DNA from: Candidatus Dormiibacterota bacterium
GTDB taxonomy: Bacteria > Chloroflexota > Dormibacteria > Aeolococcales > Aeolococcaceae
DNA: 64,000 bases
Direction of reading: 5' to 3'
Assembly (NCBI GenBank): GCA_963709585.1
Contig: CAVPXI010000007.1
Coordinates: forward strand, 1 to 64,000
Shown: positions 44,689-54,897 of the stretch, in pieces
How positions within the stretch are numbered: the stretch's first letter is position 1
Layout of the letters: each line of letters opens with the position of its first letter
Notes under the pieces: generated by a model
Database searches by the model: none
Told to the model about the DNA's origin: nothing
The model's input: only the letters and a program-made list of their open reading frames with translations
Made by a program: the position numbers and the translations under genes

Positions 44689-46761
44689 GTGAAGACCATG
44701 GCTTCGCGTCCGTTTTTCGACGAGCCGCCGCCGGCGATGCCGCCTGCTCTCCCCGCGCCGCCACGGACCCGGAGCGGAGTCGGCGTCGCAGCGGCACCAA
44801 CCCGGTGGGTCAGGCTGCTGGTACGCGGCCGTGAGGACGATGCGGCCTGGGTTCGACCGTCGCTGATCGGGCTGCTCGGCATCGCCGCCCTCCTCTACCT
44901 CTGGGACCTCGGTGCGTCGGGCTGGGCGAACGCCTTCTACTCGGCCGCGGTCCAGGCCGGGTCGACGAGCTGGAAGGCGTTCTTCTTCGGGTCCTTCGAC
45001 GCGCCGAACTTCATCACCGTGGACAAGTCGCCGGCCGCGTTGTGGGTGATGGACCTGTCGGCGCGCGTTTTCGGCGTCAACGCCTGGAGCATCCTCGTCC
45101 CCCAGGCGCTCGAGGGTGTGGCCACCGTCGGCTTCACCTATCTGATCGTCCGGCGGTGGTTCCCGCCCGCAGCGGCTCTGATCGCCGGGGCGACCGTGGC
45201 GCTCACGCCCGTGGCGGCGCTCATGTTCCGCTTCGACAATCCCGACGCGCTGCTCGTGCTCCTGCTCACCATCGCCACATTCGCGACGGTGCGCGCGATC
45301 GAGGCCGGCAAGACCAGGTGGCTCGTGCTCGCGGCGACCCTGGTGGGCTTCGCCTTCCTGACCAAGATGCTGCAAGCGTTTCTCGTGGTCCCGGCGTTTG
45401 GCCTCGTGTACCTGATGGCGGCGCCGGTGTCGCTGCGACGGCGGATGACCCAGCTCGTTGTGGCGACGGCGGTTATGGTCGCCGCGTCGGGGTGGTGGGT
45501 CGCGATCGTGCAGCTCACGCCCGCAGCCGACCGTCCGTACATCGGCGGATCGCAGAACAACAGCCTTCTCAACCTGATCTTCGGCTACAACGGGTTCGGC
45601 AGGTTGACCGGGAACGAGACGGGCAGCGTGGGGACCACGGGTGCCGCCGGATCGATGTGGGGACCGACCGGCCTCGGCCGGCTCTTCAACGCGAGCTTCG
45701 GCGGCCAGGTCTCCTGGCTTCTTCCGGCCGCGCTCGTCCTGCTGGTCGCGGGGCTCGGACTCACGCTGACGCGAGCGCGCACGGATCGCACCCGCGCTGC
45801 ATTCCTGCTCTGGGGCGGTTCGCTGGTTGTGACCGCGCTCGTCTTCAGCCTGGCGGCCGGGATCATCCATCCCTACTACACCGTGGCCCTGGCTCCTTCG
45901 ATCGGGGCCCTGGTCGGCATGGGCAGCGTGCTGCTCTGGCGGCAACGATCACGAACATGGGCACGCCTCGTGCTCGCCGCCGCCGTCGGCGGCACCAGCG
46001 TGTGGTCGGCGCTGCTGCTGGAACGCAGCCCCGAGTTCGCCTCCGGGCTCGGCGCTGCTGTCGCGATCGTCGGCATCGGCGCGGCGATCGCGATCGTGGG
46101 CATGCCGCTCCTCCACCGGGCGGCGGTCGCAGCCGTGGTCGCCGTCGGGCTTGTGGCGGCGTTCGCCGGACCGACCGCCTACACCATCGACACCGTGCTG
46201 ACGACTCACTCCGGCGCCATCCCGTCGGCCGGTCCGGCGGTCACGGCCTCAGCCTCAGGCGGTGGTCCCGGCGGTTTCCCGGGCGGCTTCGGCGGCGGGG
46301 GCAGGCGTGGATTCCCCGGCGGCTTCGGAGGAGGTGGCTTCGGGGGCCGCGGAGGCATCCCGGGCGGCTTCGGCGGCGGTGGTCTCGGTCGAGGCGGCGG
46401 GTCGTTTCTCAACGCGGGTACACCGGGAGCCGCGCTGGTCGCACTGCTCGAAACCAACGCCGGCCAGTACACCTGGGTTGGTGCCACTATCGACGCTAAC
46501 TCGGCGGCAGGCTACCAGCTCGCCACCGACCTACCGATCATGGCGATCGGCGGATTCAACGGGACCGATCCGGCACCGACACTCGCTCAGTTCGAGCAGT
46601 ACGTCGCGCAGGGTCGCATCCACTACGTCCTCGCATCGGGCGGCAGACCAGGAGGCGGAAGCGGTACATCGGGGGCGATCGCCCAGTGGGTCGAGCAACA
46701 CTTCGCGTCGACGACCGTCGACGGCGTGGCCGTATACGACCTCACCCAGCCCGCGGGTTGA
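44689..46761 (+). CDS. ArnT/PMT-like GT-C glycosyltransferase with Gly-rich insert
   Basis: NAFYSAAVQAG, ITVDKSP, FRFDNPDALL, FLTKMLQA, GYNGFGRL, IGGFNGTDP. Confidence 0.9.
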   Translation: MKTMASRPFFDEPPPAMPPALPAPPRTRSGVGVAAAPTRWVRLLVRGREDDAAWVRPSLIGLLGIAALLYLWDLGASGWANAFYSAAVQAGSTSWKAFFFGSFDAPNFITVDKSPAALWVMDLSARVFGVNAWSILVPQALEGVATVGFTYLIVRRWFPPAAALIAGATVALTPVAALMFRFDNPDALLVLLLTIATFATVRAIEAGKTRWLVLAATLVGFAFLTKMLQAFLVVPAFGLVYLMAAPVSLRRRMTQLVVATAVMVAASGWWVAIVQLTPAADRPYIGGSQNNSLLNLIFGYNGFGRLTGNETGSVGTTGAAGSMWGPTGLGRLFNASFGGQVSWLLPAALVLLVAGLGLTLTRARTDRTRAAFLLWGGSLVVTALVFSLAAGIIHPYYTVALAPSIGALVGMGSVLLWRQRSRTWARLVLAAAVGGTSVWSALLLERSPEFASGLGAAVAIVGIGAAIAIVGMPLLHRAAVAAVVAVGLVAAFAGPTAYTIDTVLTTHSGAIPSAGPAVTASASGGGPGGFPGGFGGGGRRGFPGGFGGGGFGGRGGIPGGFGGGGLGRGGGSFLNAGTPGAALVALLETNAGQYTWVGATIDANSAAGYQLATDLPIMAIGGFNGTDPAPTLAQFEQYVAQGRIHYVLASGGRPGGGSGTSGAIAQWVEQHFASTTVDGVAVYDLTQPAG

Positions 46762-46764
46762 TCG

Positions 46765-47817
46765 CTACCGGCTCGACCACGCAGCGGCCGACGTCGCGTC
46801 CAGGTCGACGCTGGCGTCGGTGACGCGACGCGTCGCGCCCGGGTGAGCGCCGCCCGCATGGGCGATGTACCAGAGCCCGAAGGTTCCGTCCGGGTCCGCG
46901 GCATTCATATAGAGAAGGTTGTCGCCCGATGGGGACCATGACGGCGAGTTGCACAGACAGTTGGCGGCCAGCACGCGCGCCGGACCGAGCGAATTCCCCT
47001 CGAGGGTCGCGATCTCGAGATCCGCACTCTGTCCCGTATGGGTGCACACCATCGCCACGGTCACGCCGTCCGGCGCGACCGCCGGCGCGCCACAGTCCTG
47101 CTGTGGGGTGGTGAGCGTTCGCATCGCGCTGGTCGGGCTCGTCTGCAGGCCGAGCACGGTCACCACCGTCCCCTTCCCGGTGTTCGCGTAGCTCGAATAG
47201 AGCACGCTCCCGTCCGGCAGCGGCACCGGCGCGATGTCACCGCCGGTGTAAAGGTCGGGCACCGACCAGCGGGTTCCGGCGCTCACTCCAGTGATACCGA
47301 TGCTGAACGCCGCGCTGAGCGGTGCGGACCAGAGCGAGAAGTCCACCTCATAGCTCTGGTTGGGCGCCGGCTTGGGCGCGTCGGTTGCGAAGTACACGTC
47401 GCTCCCGTTGGGGCTGATCGACGGCCAAAGAATCCAATGGTCGAGAGACAGCGTCCCGTTAGTCGTCGACTGATCGTCGGACGTCATCCGGGTGAGGACC
47501 CGTCCCGAAGCCGCCACGTGATACAGGTCGGAGTACGCATCGAACCTGCGGATGACCAGCAGCGAACCGTCCGCCAGGACGCGCGGTTGTGTCCAGTCGC
47601 CACCCGACGGCAGCGCGAGCCGGCGGACGCTCGAACCGGAGATCGCATAGATCGAGCCCTCCTGGCTCACGTAGATCGTGCCTTGCAGCTGCACCTGCGG
47701 GCTGGTCGTGTTGATGAGCGCGGCGGCGGTCGTGTGTGTCTGCAGCATCGCCAGGGCCCGGTTCGCGGAAAGTCCGCTGGCGATCATCAGCACGATGACG
47801 AGGGAGGTACGCCTCAT
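46765..47817 (-). CDS. secreted TolB-like beta-propeller protein
   Basis: Signal peptide; PSISPNG, PAVAPDG, PSWSPSG PD40-like repeats. Confidence 0.75.
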   Translation of the reverse strand: MRRTSLVIVLMIASGLSANRALAMLQTHTTAAALINTTSPQVQLQGTIYVSQEGSIYAISGSSVRRLALPSGGDWTQPRVLADGSLLVIRRFDAYSDLYHVAASGRVLTRMTSDDQSTTNGTLSLDHWILWPSISPNGSDVYFATDAPKPAPNQSYEVDFSLWSAPLSAAFSIGITGVSAGTRWSVPDLYTGGDIAPVPLPDGSVLYSSYANTGKGTVVTVLGLQTSPTSAMRTLTTPQQDCGAPAVAPDGVTVAMVCTHTGQSADLEIATLEGNSLGPARVLAANCLCNSPSWSPSGDNLLYMNAADPDGTFGLWYIAHAGGAHPGATRRVTDASVDLDATSAAAWSSR

Positions 47818-47818
47818 C

Positions 47819-48856
47819 TCACGCCGCCGCCGGGAAGTATGCCGCGACCTCCGGCCTGATCAACGACCAGTCGGGCATCAGCGCATCCTGCCCACCCACG
47901 CGCACGCTGCTCGTGTACGGAGGCAGCAACACCACCTGCGTGATCGACGCGAGCGGCACCGACCCCGCAATCGGGAGCAGCCCGCTCACCTGGCCGATGC
48001 CCATGTCCGTCTGGAAGTTCGACCCGAGCGACGTCGCCAGGTTCGGAATGTCCGCGAATGAGATGTGCTTGGTCTTGGCGCGCAGCGCGATCAGGATCTG
48101 TTGCTGACGCTGCGACCGCGCAAAGTCGCCGTACGCATCATCGTGGCGCGCGCGCACGTACTCGAGTGCGAGCGAGCCGCTCATGTGCTGCGCACCCGGA
48201 AGCACGAGGATTCGCTGGTAGTCGAAGGGATTGCCGCCCGAGAGGTCCGCCGGGTAGTAGTCGTCCATCACCGGGTTGTTGGCGATCACGTTGACCCCGC
48301 CGAGGTCGTTCAGAACCGACACCAGCCCCTGCAGCCCGATCCACGCGTAGTAGTCGATGTGGACCCTGAGGTCGCGCTCCACGGTCTGGATCGCGCACTG
48401 GGCGCCGCCATGCAGGAATGCCTGGTCGATCTTGCCGTTGCTGCCGGTGCAGAGGCGGACCCAGAGATCGCGCGGAATCGAGAGCATGGTCACGTGCCTG
48501 GTCGACGGGTCGACCCGGGTGAGAATCATCGACTGGGTCAGGTAGTCGCCCTTGAACTTCGAATCGCTGTCGGAGCCGAGGAGGAGGAGCGTGAACGGCG
48601 ACTTCGACGAAAGGTTCTCGCTCGCCGCCACCGGCTTTAGCTGCGCGGTGCCGCCCAGCGAGGTGTTGACCTGGCCGGTGTCGCGGAGCGCGACCTGGAT
48701 CGCGGGCATGAAATACAGCGCGACGCCGGTGATGATCGAGACCACGAAGCCGGCCGCGACAAAGGATCCCCTGGTCACGCGCCGCCGGCCCGACTTCAGT
48801 GACGCGCGACGCCGGCGCACGGAGCGACGCCCTGAAAGATCGTACGAACGAGACAA
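47819..48856 (-). CDS. LCP (LytR-CpsA-Psr) family glycopolymer ligase
   Basis: N-terminal TM, LLLGSD, LSIPRD, ALEYVRARH, GDFARSQRQQ. Confidence 0.92.
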   Translation of the reverse strand: MSRSYDLSGRRSVRRRRASLKSGRRRVTRGSFVAAGFVVSIITGVALYFMPAIQVALRDTGQVNTSLGGTAQLKPVAASENLSSKSPFTLLLLGSDSDSKFKGDYLTQSMILTRVDPSTRHVTMLSIPRDLWVRLCTGSNGKIDQAFLHGGAQCAIQTVERDLRVHIDYYAWIGLQGLVSVLNDLGGVNVIANNPVMDDYYPADLSGGNPFDYQRILVLPGAQHMSGSLALEYVRARHDDAYGDFARSQRQQQILIALRAKTKHISFADIPNLATSLGSNFQTDMGIGQVSGLLPIAGSVPLASITQVVLLPPYTSSVRVGGQDALMPDWSLIRPEVAAYFPAAA

Positions 48857-48980
48857 CCTCGAACCTCAGGTGAGACGTTGAGTGGAACGGCGAGTTCAAG
48901 GACGGGCTGCGACGGTGCGCGCCGCGGCCGTCAGATGGTACCCCGAGGTCGGCTCTCGCGCCTGTACGCTCTCCGCGGAG

Positions 48981-49613
48981 ATGAGCAAGGCACGCCTCGA
49001 GGCCTTCAGTGACGGCATCATGGCCGTGGCGATCACCCTGCTCGCGCTCGACCTCACCGTCCCCGAACCGGGACGGGCCGCGCTGTTGACCCAGCTCGGC
49101 GACCACTGGCCGCAGTTCGCTGCGTATGCGGTGAGCTTCTTCACCATCGGGATCATCTGGGTGAACCACCACGCACGGGTGAGCCAGATCGCCGTGGTCG
49201 ACAGGACGCTGCTGTTTCTCAACCTCCTGCTGCTCATGTTCGTCGTGCTCATCCCGTTTGCGACCGCGACGATGGCCACGTATCTCACCAGCGGCAAGGA
49301 GGATTCGCACATCGCGATGGCGGTCTACGCGGTTGTTCTCGAGGGCATGGCGCTGAGCTTCAGCGCCATGTTCGAGTGGTCGCTCGGCGAAGGCCGCACC
49401 CACGTCAGCGTTCCGATCGATCAGCGCCGCAACGCGCGAGTGCGCACCTCGATCGGAACCCTGGTGTACGCGATCGTCTTCGCCGTCGCATTCATCAGTG
49501 CGCCCGTGTCGCTGGGGCTCGCCGGCGCCACCGCGATCTACTACATCTTTGCCCCGGTGCCCCGGGTGAGCGCCGGTGCCCGGGTCGAGGAGCGGACGTC
49601 CGGTCCTTCGTGA
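48981..49613 (+). CDS. TMEM175-family potassium channel
   Basis: RLEAFSDG..AVAITLL, IWVNHH. Confidence 0.92.
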   Translation: MSKARLEAFSDGIMAVAITLLALDLTVPEPGRAALLTQLGDHWPQFAAYAVSFFTIGIIWVNHHARVSQIAVVDRTLLFLNLLLLMFVVLIPFATATMATYLTSGKEDSHIAMAVYAVVLEGMALSFSAMFEWSLGEGRTHVSVPIDQRRNARVRTSIGTLVYAIVFAVAFISAPVSLGLAGATAIYYIFAPVPRVSAGARVEERTSGPS

Positions 49614-49634
49614 ATCCGATCCTCGCGTCCGGGG

Positions 49635-49673
49635 TCTCAGGGATGTCACAGACTCGGCTCAGGCCACACTGAG
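49635..49673 (+). promoter_or_regulatory. MprA-like direct-repeat boxes upstream of HtrA
   Basis: TCTCAG 49635, TCACAG 49646, GCTCAG 49657, ACTGAG 49668, exact 11-bp period. Confidence 0.65.
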
Positions 49674-49724
49674 CATCGAGCGTCATGCTCTGGAGCGTCA
49701 CCCAATCGAAAACCTCGGAGCCGG

Positions 49725-51038
49725 ATGATGACCAACGAGATGCACGACTTCCTTCCCCCCGATCCGCCACCGCCCCCGGCCGATCCGGCCGGCGCTGCCT
49801 ACGGTCCCTGGTCATCCGACCCCCAGTGGGGGCCGCCCAACTGGCCGCCGGCGCCACAGCGCGGCCGGGGCAGCTCCGGATTTCGCCGCACCCCGCTCGC
49901 GGTCTTCGCGATCGCCTGCGTCGGCGCCGGCGGCGGCACCGCCTGGGCGCTCACCACCACGTCCGCCACCACCCCCTCGCCGACGCTCCCTGCGGGAGGC
50001 TCGACCGGCAGCGGCGCGGCTCCGAACAGCGGCGGCAGCGTTCCATCGACCGGCGGCACGCTCTCGGCGGCGACCATCGCCAAGCTCAACTCGTCGATCG
50101 TGGACATCACCGCCGACACGGCCTCCCCCGGGGGCCAGGTCGCGGGCACCGGCATGATCATCACCTCGAACGGCGAGGTCCTGACCAACAACCACGTGAT
50201 CGACGACACCGTGAACATCCGAGCCCAGATCGACGGGACCGGGCCCCAGTACCAGGTGAAGGTGATCGGCTACGACCTCAGTGACGACGTCGCGCTCGTC
50301 CAGCTCGTCGGGGCATCGAACCTCCCCACCATTTCGATCGGCAACTCGTCGGCGCTGTCGACCGGCGACCCGATCACGGTGCTCGGCAACGCCCTGGGCA
50401 AGGGTGGGACGCCTGCGGTGTCCAGCGGCACCGTCACACAGACCAGCACCACGATCACGGCGAGCGACAACGGCGGCAACAACGAGACCCTGACCGGCAT
50501 GATCCAGGTCAGCGCCTCGATCGAGCCCGGTGATTCGGGCGGCCCCGAGGTCAACGCCGCCGGACAGGTCATCGGCATGACGACCGCGGGCCAGACCTCC
50601 GGCAATTTCAACCAGCAGTCCGGCTCCACGATCGGGTTCGCGATCCCGGTCAACAAGGCGATGCAGATCGTTTCCGAGATCCGCGCCGGCGGCGGCGCCA
50701 ACATCCACATCGGCCTCGCTGCGCTGCTTGGCGTGGCGGTCGCCGACAGGCAGCCCGTGCCTGCACCCGACGGCAGCGGGACAGACTGCAGCGCCTCTCG
50801 GGCGACGACCGGTGCGTGGGTGAGTGGCGTCACGGGGAACCCGGCGGCCAGCGCGGGGGTGACCGCCTGCGTGCGTATCACCAGCATCGGCGGCACCACC
50901 ATCACGAACACGTCGAACCTGCACACCGCGATGGCGTCGTTCAGCGTCGGGCAGACCGTGACCCTCACCTGGGTGGACGCCTCGGCCGTGAGCCACAGCG
51001 CTTCGGTCACCCTCGGACAGGCCACCTTCCCGGACTGA
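49725..51038 (+). CDS. HtrA/S1C serine protease with PDZ domain
   Basis: TM anchor, LTNNHV, DVA, PGDSGGP triad, C-terminal PDZ-like region. Confidence 0.93.
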   Translation: MMTNEMHDFLPPDPPPPPADPAGAAYGPWSSDPQWGPPNWPPAPQRGRGSSGFRRTPLAVFAIACVGAGGGTAWALTTTSATTPSPTLPAGGSTGSGAAPNSGGSVPSTGGTLSAATIAKLNSSIVDITADTASPGGQVAGTGMIITSNGEVLTNNHVIDDTVNIRAQIDGTGPQYQVKVIGYDLSDDVALVQLVGASNLPTISIGNSSALSTGDPITVLGNALGKGGTPAVSSGTVTQTSTTITASDNGGNNETLTGMIQVSASIEPGDSGGPEVNAAGQVIGMTTAGQTSGNFNQQSGSTIGFAIPVNKAMQIVSEIRAGGGANIHIGLAALLGVAVADRQPVPAPDGSGTDCSASRATTGAWVSGVTGNPAASAGVTACVRITSIGGTTITNTSNLHTAMASFSVGQTVTLTWVDASAVSHSASVTLGQATFPD

Positions 51039-51209
51039 TCTCGCGGGGGGCGCCCTGCGCCGTCCCACCGGGCCGTAACACCCGCGATTCCGGCGCGTCA
51101 TGACGCGTTTGCAGCGTCAGCGATATAACTCAGTGAGCCCCTGAGGGGGGCCGGCCCGAGCCGGCGACAGGCTCGCGCGGGAGATCGCGATGCACAGGAC
51201 ACACGACGT

Positions 51210-53886
51210 GTGACCGCCAAGCAGCGCGCGGACGATGCCAGGGTCGACCCGGAGAACCGGCCCGCGGCGAGTGCCGGCAGCGTCGCGCCCATCTGGGTCC
51301 TGAATGTCGTCATGACGCTGGTGGTGGCCATCGTCTACGTGCTGGCGGTCGCGCCGTTGCACCAGGAGGGCGGAACGACGCTCCTTTCGATCGCTCTGTT
51401 GGTGGTGGCGTTTGCCGCCGGCGAGTGGTGGCGGGTGTACATCCACTTCCGTCGCGAGTCTCAGTCGTTCTCGCTGAGCGAGATCCCGCTGGTGATCGGC
51501 GTGTTCGTGCTCGCGGGCAATCCAGGGCAGCTGGTGCTCGCGCGGGTGCTCGGCGCCGCGATCGGGCTGGGTGTGCTCCGCCGCCAGGAGCCGATGAAGC
51601 TGATCTTCAATCTCGCGAGCTTCGCGCTCGAGACTGAGACGGTCACGCTCCTCGTCCATCACATCTCCGGGACCAATCCCACCAGCCCGCCCGTGTGGCT
51701 GTGGCTGCTGCTTTTCATGTCGATCGCTTCACTGGTCGGATTCGGGCTGACAACCGTCGCGATCTCGCTCGCCGCGGGATGGCAGTCACACCGGCAGTGG
51801 TTCCAGCCGATCGTGATCCTGCTGATCGGCGGATTCGCCAACTCCAGCCTCGGGTTGGTTGTCGTCGCGCTGTATAACGCCGACCCCAGGACACTATGGC
51901 TGCTGCTCACCCCGCTCGCGGCGATCGGCGCTTCGTACGTTCTCTACACGCGCGAACACGAGAAGAACCAGCGTCTCAAGAACCTTTACGAATCGAGCGA
52001 CATGCTCCAACGCGCCAGCTCGGACGGCGCGGCGGTTCCCGAATTGCTCGACCATCTCTGCAAGGTCTTCCGGGCTGAAGTCGCCGTAGTGTCGTTGCTG
52101 CCGGCGGCGACGGGAACCAACTCGTGGCGCACGATCAGCACGTCGCGCGGCGCCCGCGACAATGTCGACACCCCGCTGGACGTTGAGCACCTGGAGCGGC
52201 TGCTGCCGCTTCTCCATGAGACCAAGTCCGCGGCCGTCGACCCCGGGAGTCAGGTGGTTCAGCGAGGTCTCATCGCCACGCCTTCCACGTCGAACCGCGA
52301 GCTGCGCGAGTGGTTGAGCGAGCAGGGGTTCAGGGATGCGATGGCGACGCTCCTGCAGGGCGAAGGCATGCTCCTCGGGACCTTGATCGTCGCCAACCGG
52401 TTGACCGACGGGAGCCCGTTCGACAGCGACGATCTCCATCACTTCGATGCCTCGGCGGCGCAGATCACGGTTGCCGTCGAGAACACGCGCCTCGGCCACC
52501 GCCTTCGCCGGCAGGCGTTTCACGACACCCTCACCGGCCTCGCCAACCGCGCGCTCTTCATGGACCGGCTCGAGCACGCACTCACGCGCCGCGAGCGCCA
52601 CGACGAGTCATTGGGGGTGCTGTTCGTCGACCTCGACGACTTCAAGGAGATCAACGACAGCCTCGGACACATGGCCGGCGACGAGCTGCTCACCAAGGTG
52701 GCGGATCGCCTGAAGCTGGTGCTCCGCGCGTCCGACACTCCGGCTCGCTTCGGCGGCGACGAGTTCGCGATCCTCGTCGAGGAAACCGCGGATCCCGAGG
52801 ACATCATGCGGGTCGCCGAGCGCGTGATGTCCGTCTTCACGCCACGATTCGTTGTCGCCGGGCGCGAAGTCACGATCAGCGCCTCTGTGGGAGTCGCCGT
52901 GACCGCGTCTCGCGACGTCACCGCGGAGGAGCTCGTGGGTCGCGCGGACGTCGCGATGTATCGCGGCAAGCTCAAGGGGAAGGACACCTACGAGGTCTTC
53001 GAACCGGGCATGCAGGACGTCGTCGCGCGTCGCCTCGAGGTACGCACCGACCTGGAGCGCGCCATCGATCGACACGAGCTCGTGGTCCTGTACCAGCCGA
53101 TCGTGGACATCACCAACAGCACCCCGGTCGGCGTCGAAGCGCTGGTTCGCTGGAAGCATCCTCGCTGGGGCATGGTCGTGCCCTCGGAATTCATCGGCAT
53201 CGCCGAAGAGACCGGCATGATCCGCGAGCTCGGCCTGCACGTGCTCGAGGAGGCGTGCAGGCAGTTGCAGGCGTGGCAGACCGAGATCGATGAGCCCGCG
53301 TTCACGGTGAGCGTCAACGTTTCTCGCCGGCAGTTGCGTGACCCGACCTTCGTCAGCGATGTTTCGCGCATCCTGACCAAGGCGGGACTTCCCGCCCTCG
53401 CATCTCGCGCTCGAGATCACCGAGAGCTTCATGGTCGACGATCCCGAGAGCGCGCGCGTGTGCCTGCGTGAGTTGAAGGCGCTCGGTGTTCGGATCTCGA
53501 TGGACGACTTCGGCACCGGGTATTCATCGCTGGCATCGCTCCAGGACCTGCCGCTCGACATCCTCAAGATCGACAAGCTGTTCATCGACCATGTCGCCGA
53601 GGATCCGCGCCGGACGGCGTTCGCCCAGGCGATCATCCGGATGGGGAAGACGCTCGGGCTCGGGTTGATCGCCGAGGGCGTGGAGACCGCCGCTCAGGCC
53701 GAGCGGCTCCAGAGCCTCGGCTGCCGGCTCGCCCAGGGCTTCTACTTCTCGAGGCCGGTGCCCGCCGAAGAGATCCTGCGAATGCTGCGCACGTCACATG
53801 CGATGCGCGTCGCCGGAGGCAGATGGCCCGAGGCCGAACCGGCGGAGCGGCGTGCACGGCTCCGGGTGCTCGAGCAGAGCGCTTAG
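51210..53886 (+). CDS. membrane GAF-GGDEF-EAL diguanylate cyclase/phosphodiesterase, frameshift near 53392
   Basis: TM region, [31 protein letters not shown]-site, [17 protein letters not shown]; deleting one C restores [14 protein letters not shown]. Confidence 0.9.
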
Positions 53887-54846
53887 AAGATCGCGTCGAT
53901 GCGCTTGAGGACCTCGGGGGTGAGGCGATCGAGGACGTCGAGCGCGCCGAGATTCTCGCGGACCTGTTCGACGCAACTCGCGCCGGTGATCACCGTCGAG
54001 ACATGCGGGTTGGATGCGCACCACGCGATCGCGAGCTGCGCGAGGCTGACCCCGAGCTCGCCGGCAATCGCACCGAGCTCACGCACACGCCGGTTGGCAT
54101 CGGCGTCGGTGACATCGGCCTGGAGCCATCCGTACCCGCGGAGTGCGGCGCGGCTTCCAGGCGGGATCCCGTCCTTGTACTTGCCGGTGAGCAGGCCCGA
54201 GGCCAGCGGGCTCCAGGTCGTCAGGCCGAGACCGATCCGGTCGTAGAGCGGAGCGAACTCGTTCTCGACCTTGTCCCGCTCGAAGAGGTTGTACTGCGGC
54301 TGCTCCATCACCGGCTTGTGGAGGTGGTGGCGCTCGGCGATGTCCCACGCCTCGGTGATCGCCGCAGCACTCCATTCGGACGTCCCCCAGTACAGCGCGC
54401 GACCGGAGGTGATGATCTCGTGCATCACGCGCACCGTCTCCTCGATCGGGGTCTCGGGATCGGCGCGGTGGCAGAAGATCAGGTCGAGGAAATCCAGGCC
54501 GAGGCGGCGCAGCGACCCGTCGACCGCATGGAGCAGGTATTTGCGGTTGAGGGTGTTCCTCGTGTTGACCGAGTTCCTCGATGCCCCAGAAGAACTTGCT
54601 CGAGATGACAAACGTGTGCCGGGGCCAGCCGAGCTCCGCGATCGCTTCGCCCATGATCAACTCCGATCGCCCCCCGGAGTAGACCTCGGCGTTGTCGAAG
54701 AAGTTGACGCCGGCATCGTAGGCGGCGGCCAGGCAGTCGCGCGCGCTCCCCCCGGCGAGCTGGGGACCGAAGCTCACCCACGAGCCGAACGACAGGGCGC
54801 TCACCTTGAGCCCTGAGCGCCCGAGGCGTCGATACTGCATTTCCAT
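53883..54846 (-). CDS. aldo-keto reductase (Kv-beta-like), frameshift near 54575
   Basis: [23 protein letters not shown] in one frame; LIFCHR, WGTSEW, WSPLASG in another. Confidence 0.88.
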
Positions 54847-54897
54847 GACGAGCGAGCATAGATGCCGGGGGAGGAGTCACGGGCGGGCTCGCCGGCG

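Noticed and set aside
52620-52770. Hypr-type cGAMP synthase
   Set aside because: The specificity residue is Asp (GHMAGD), not Ser.
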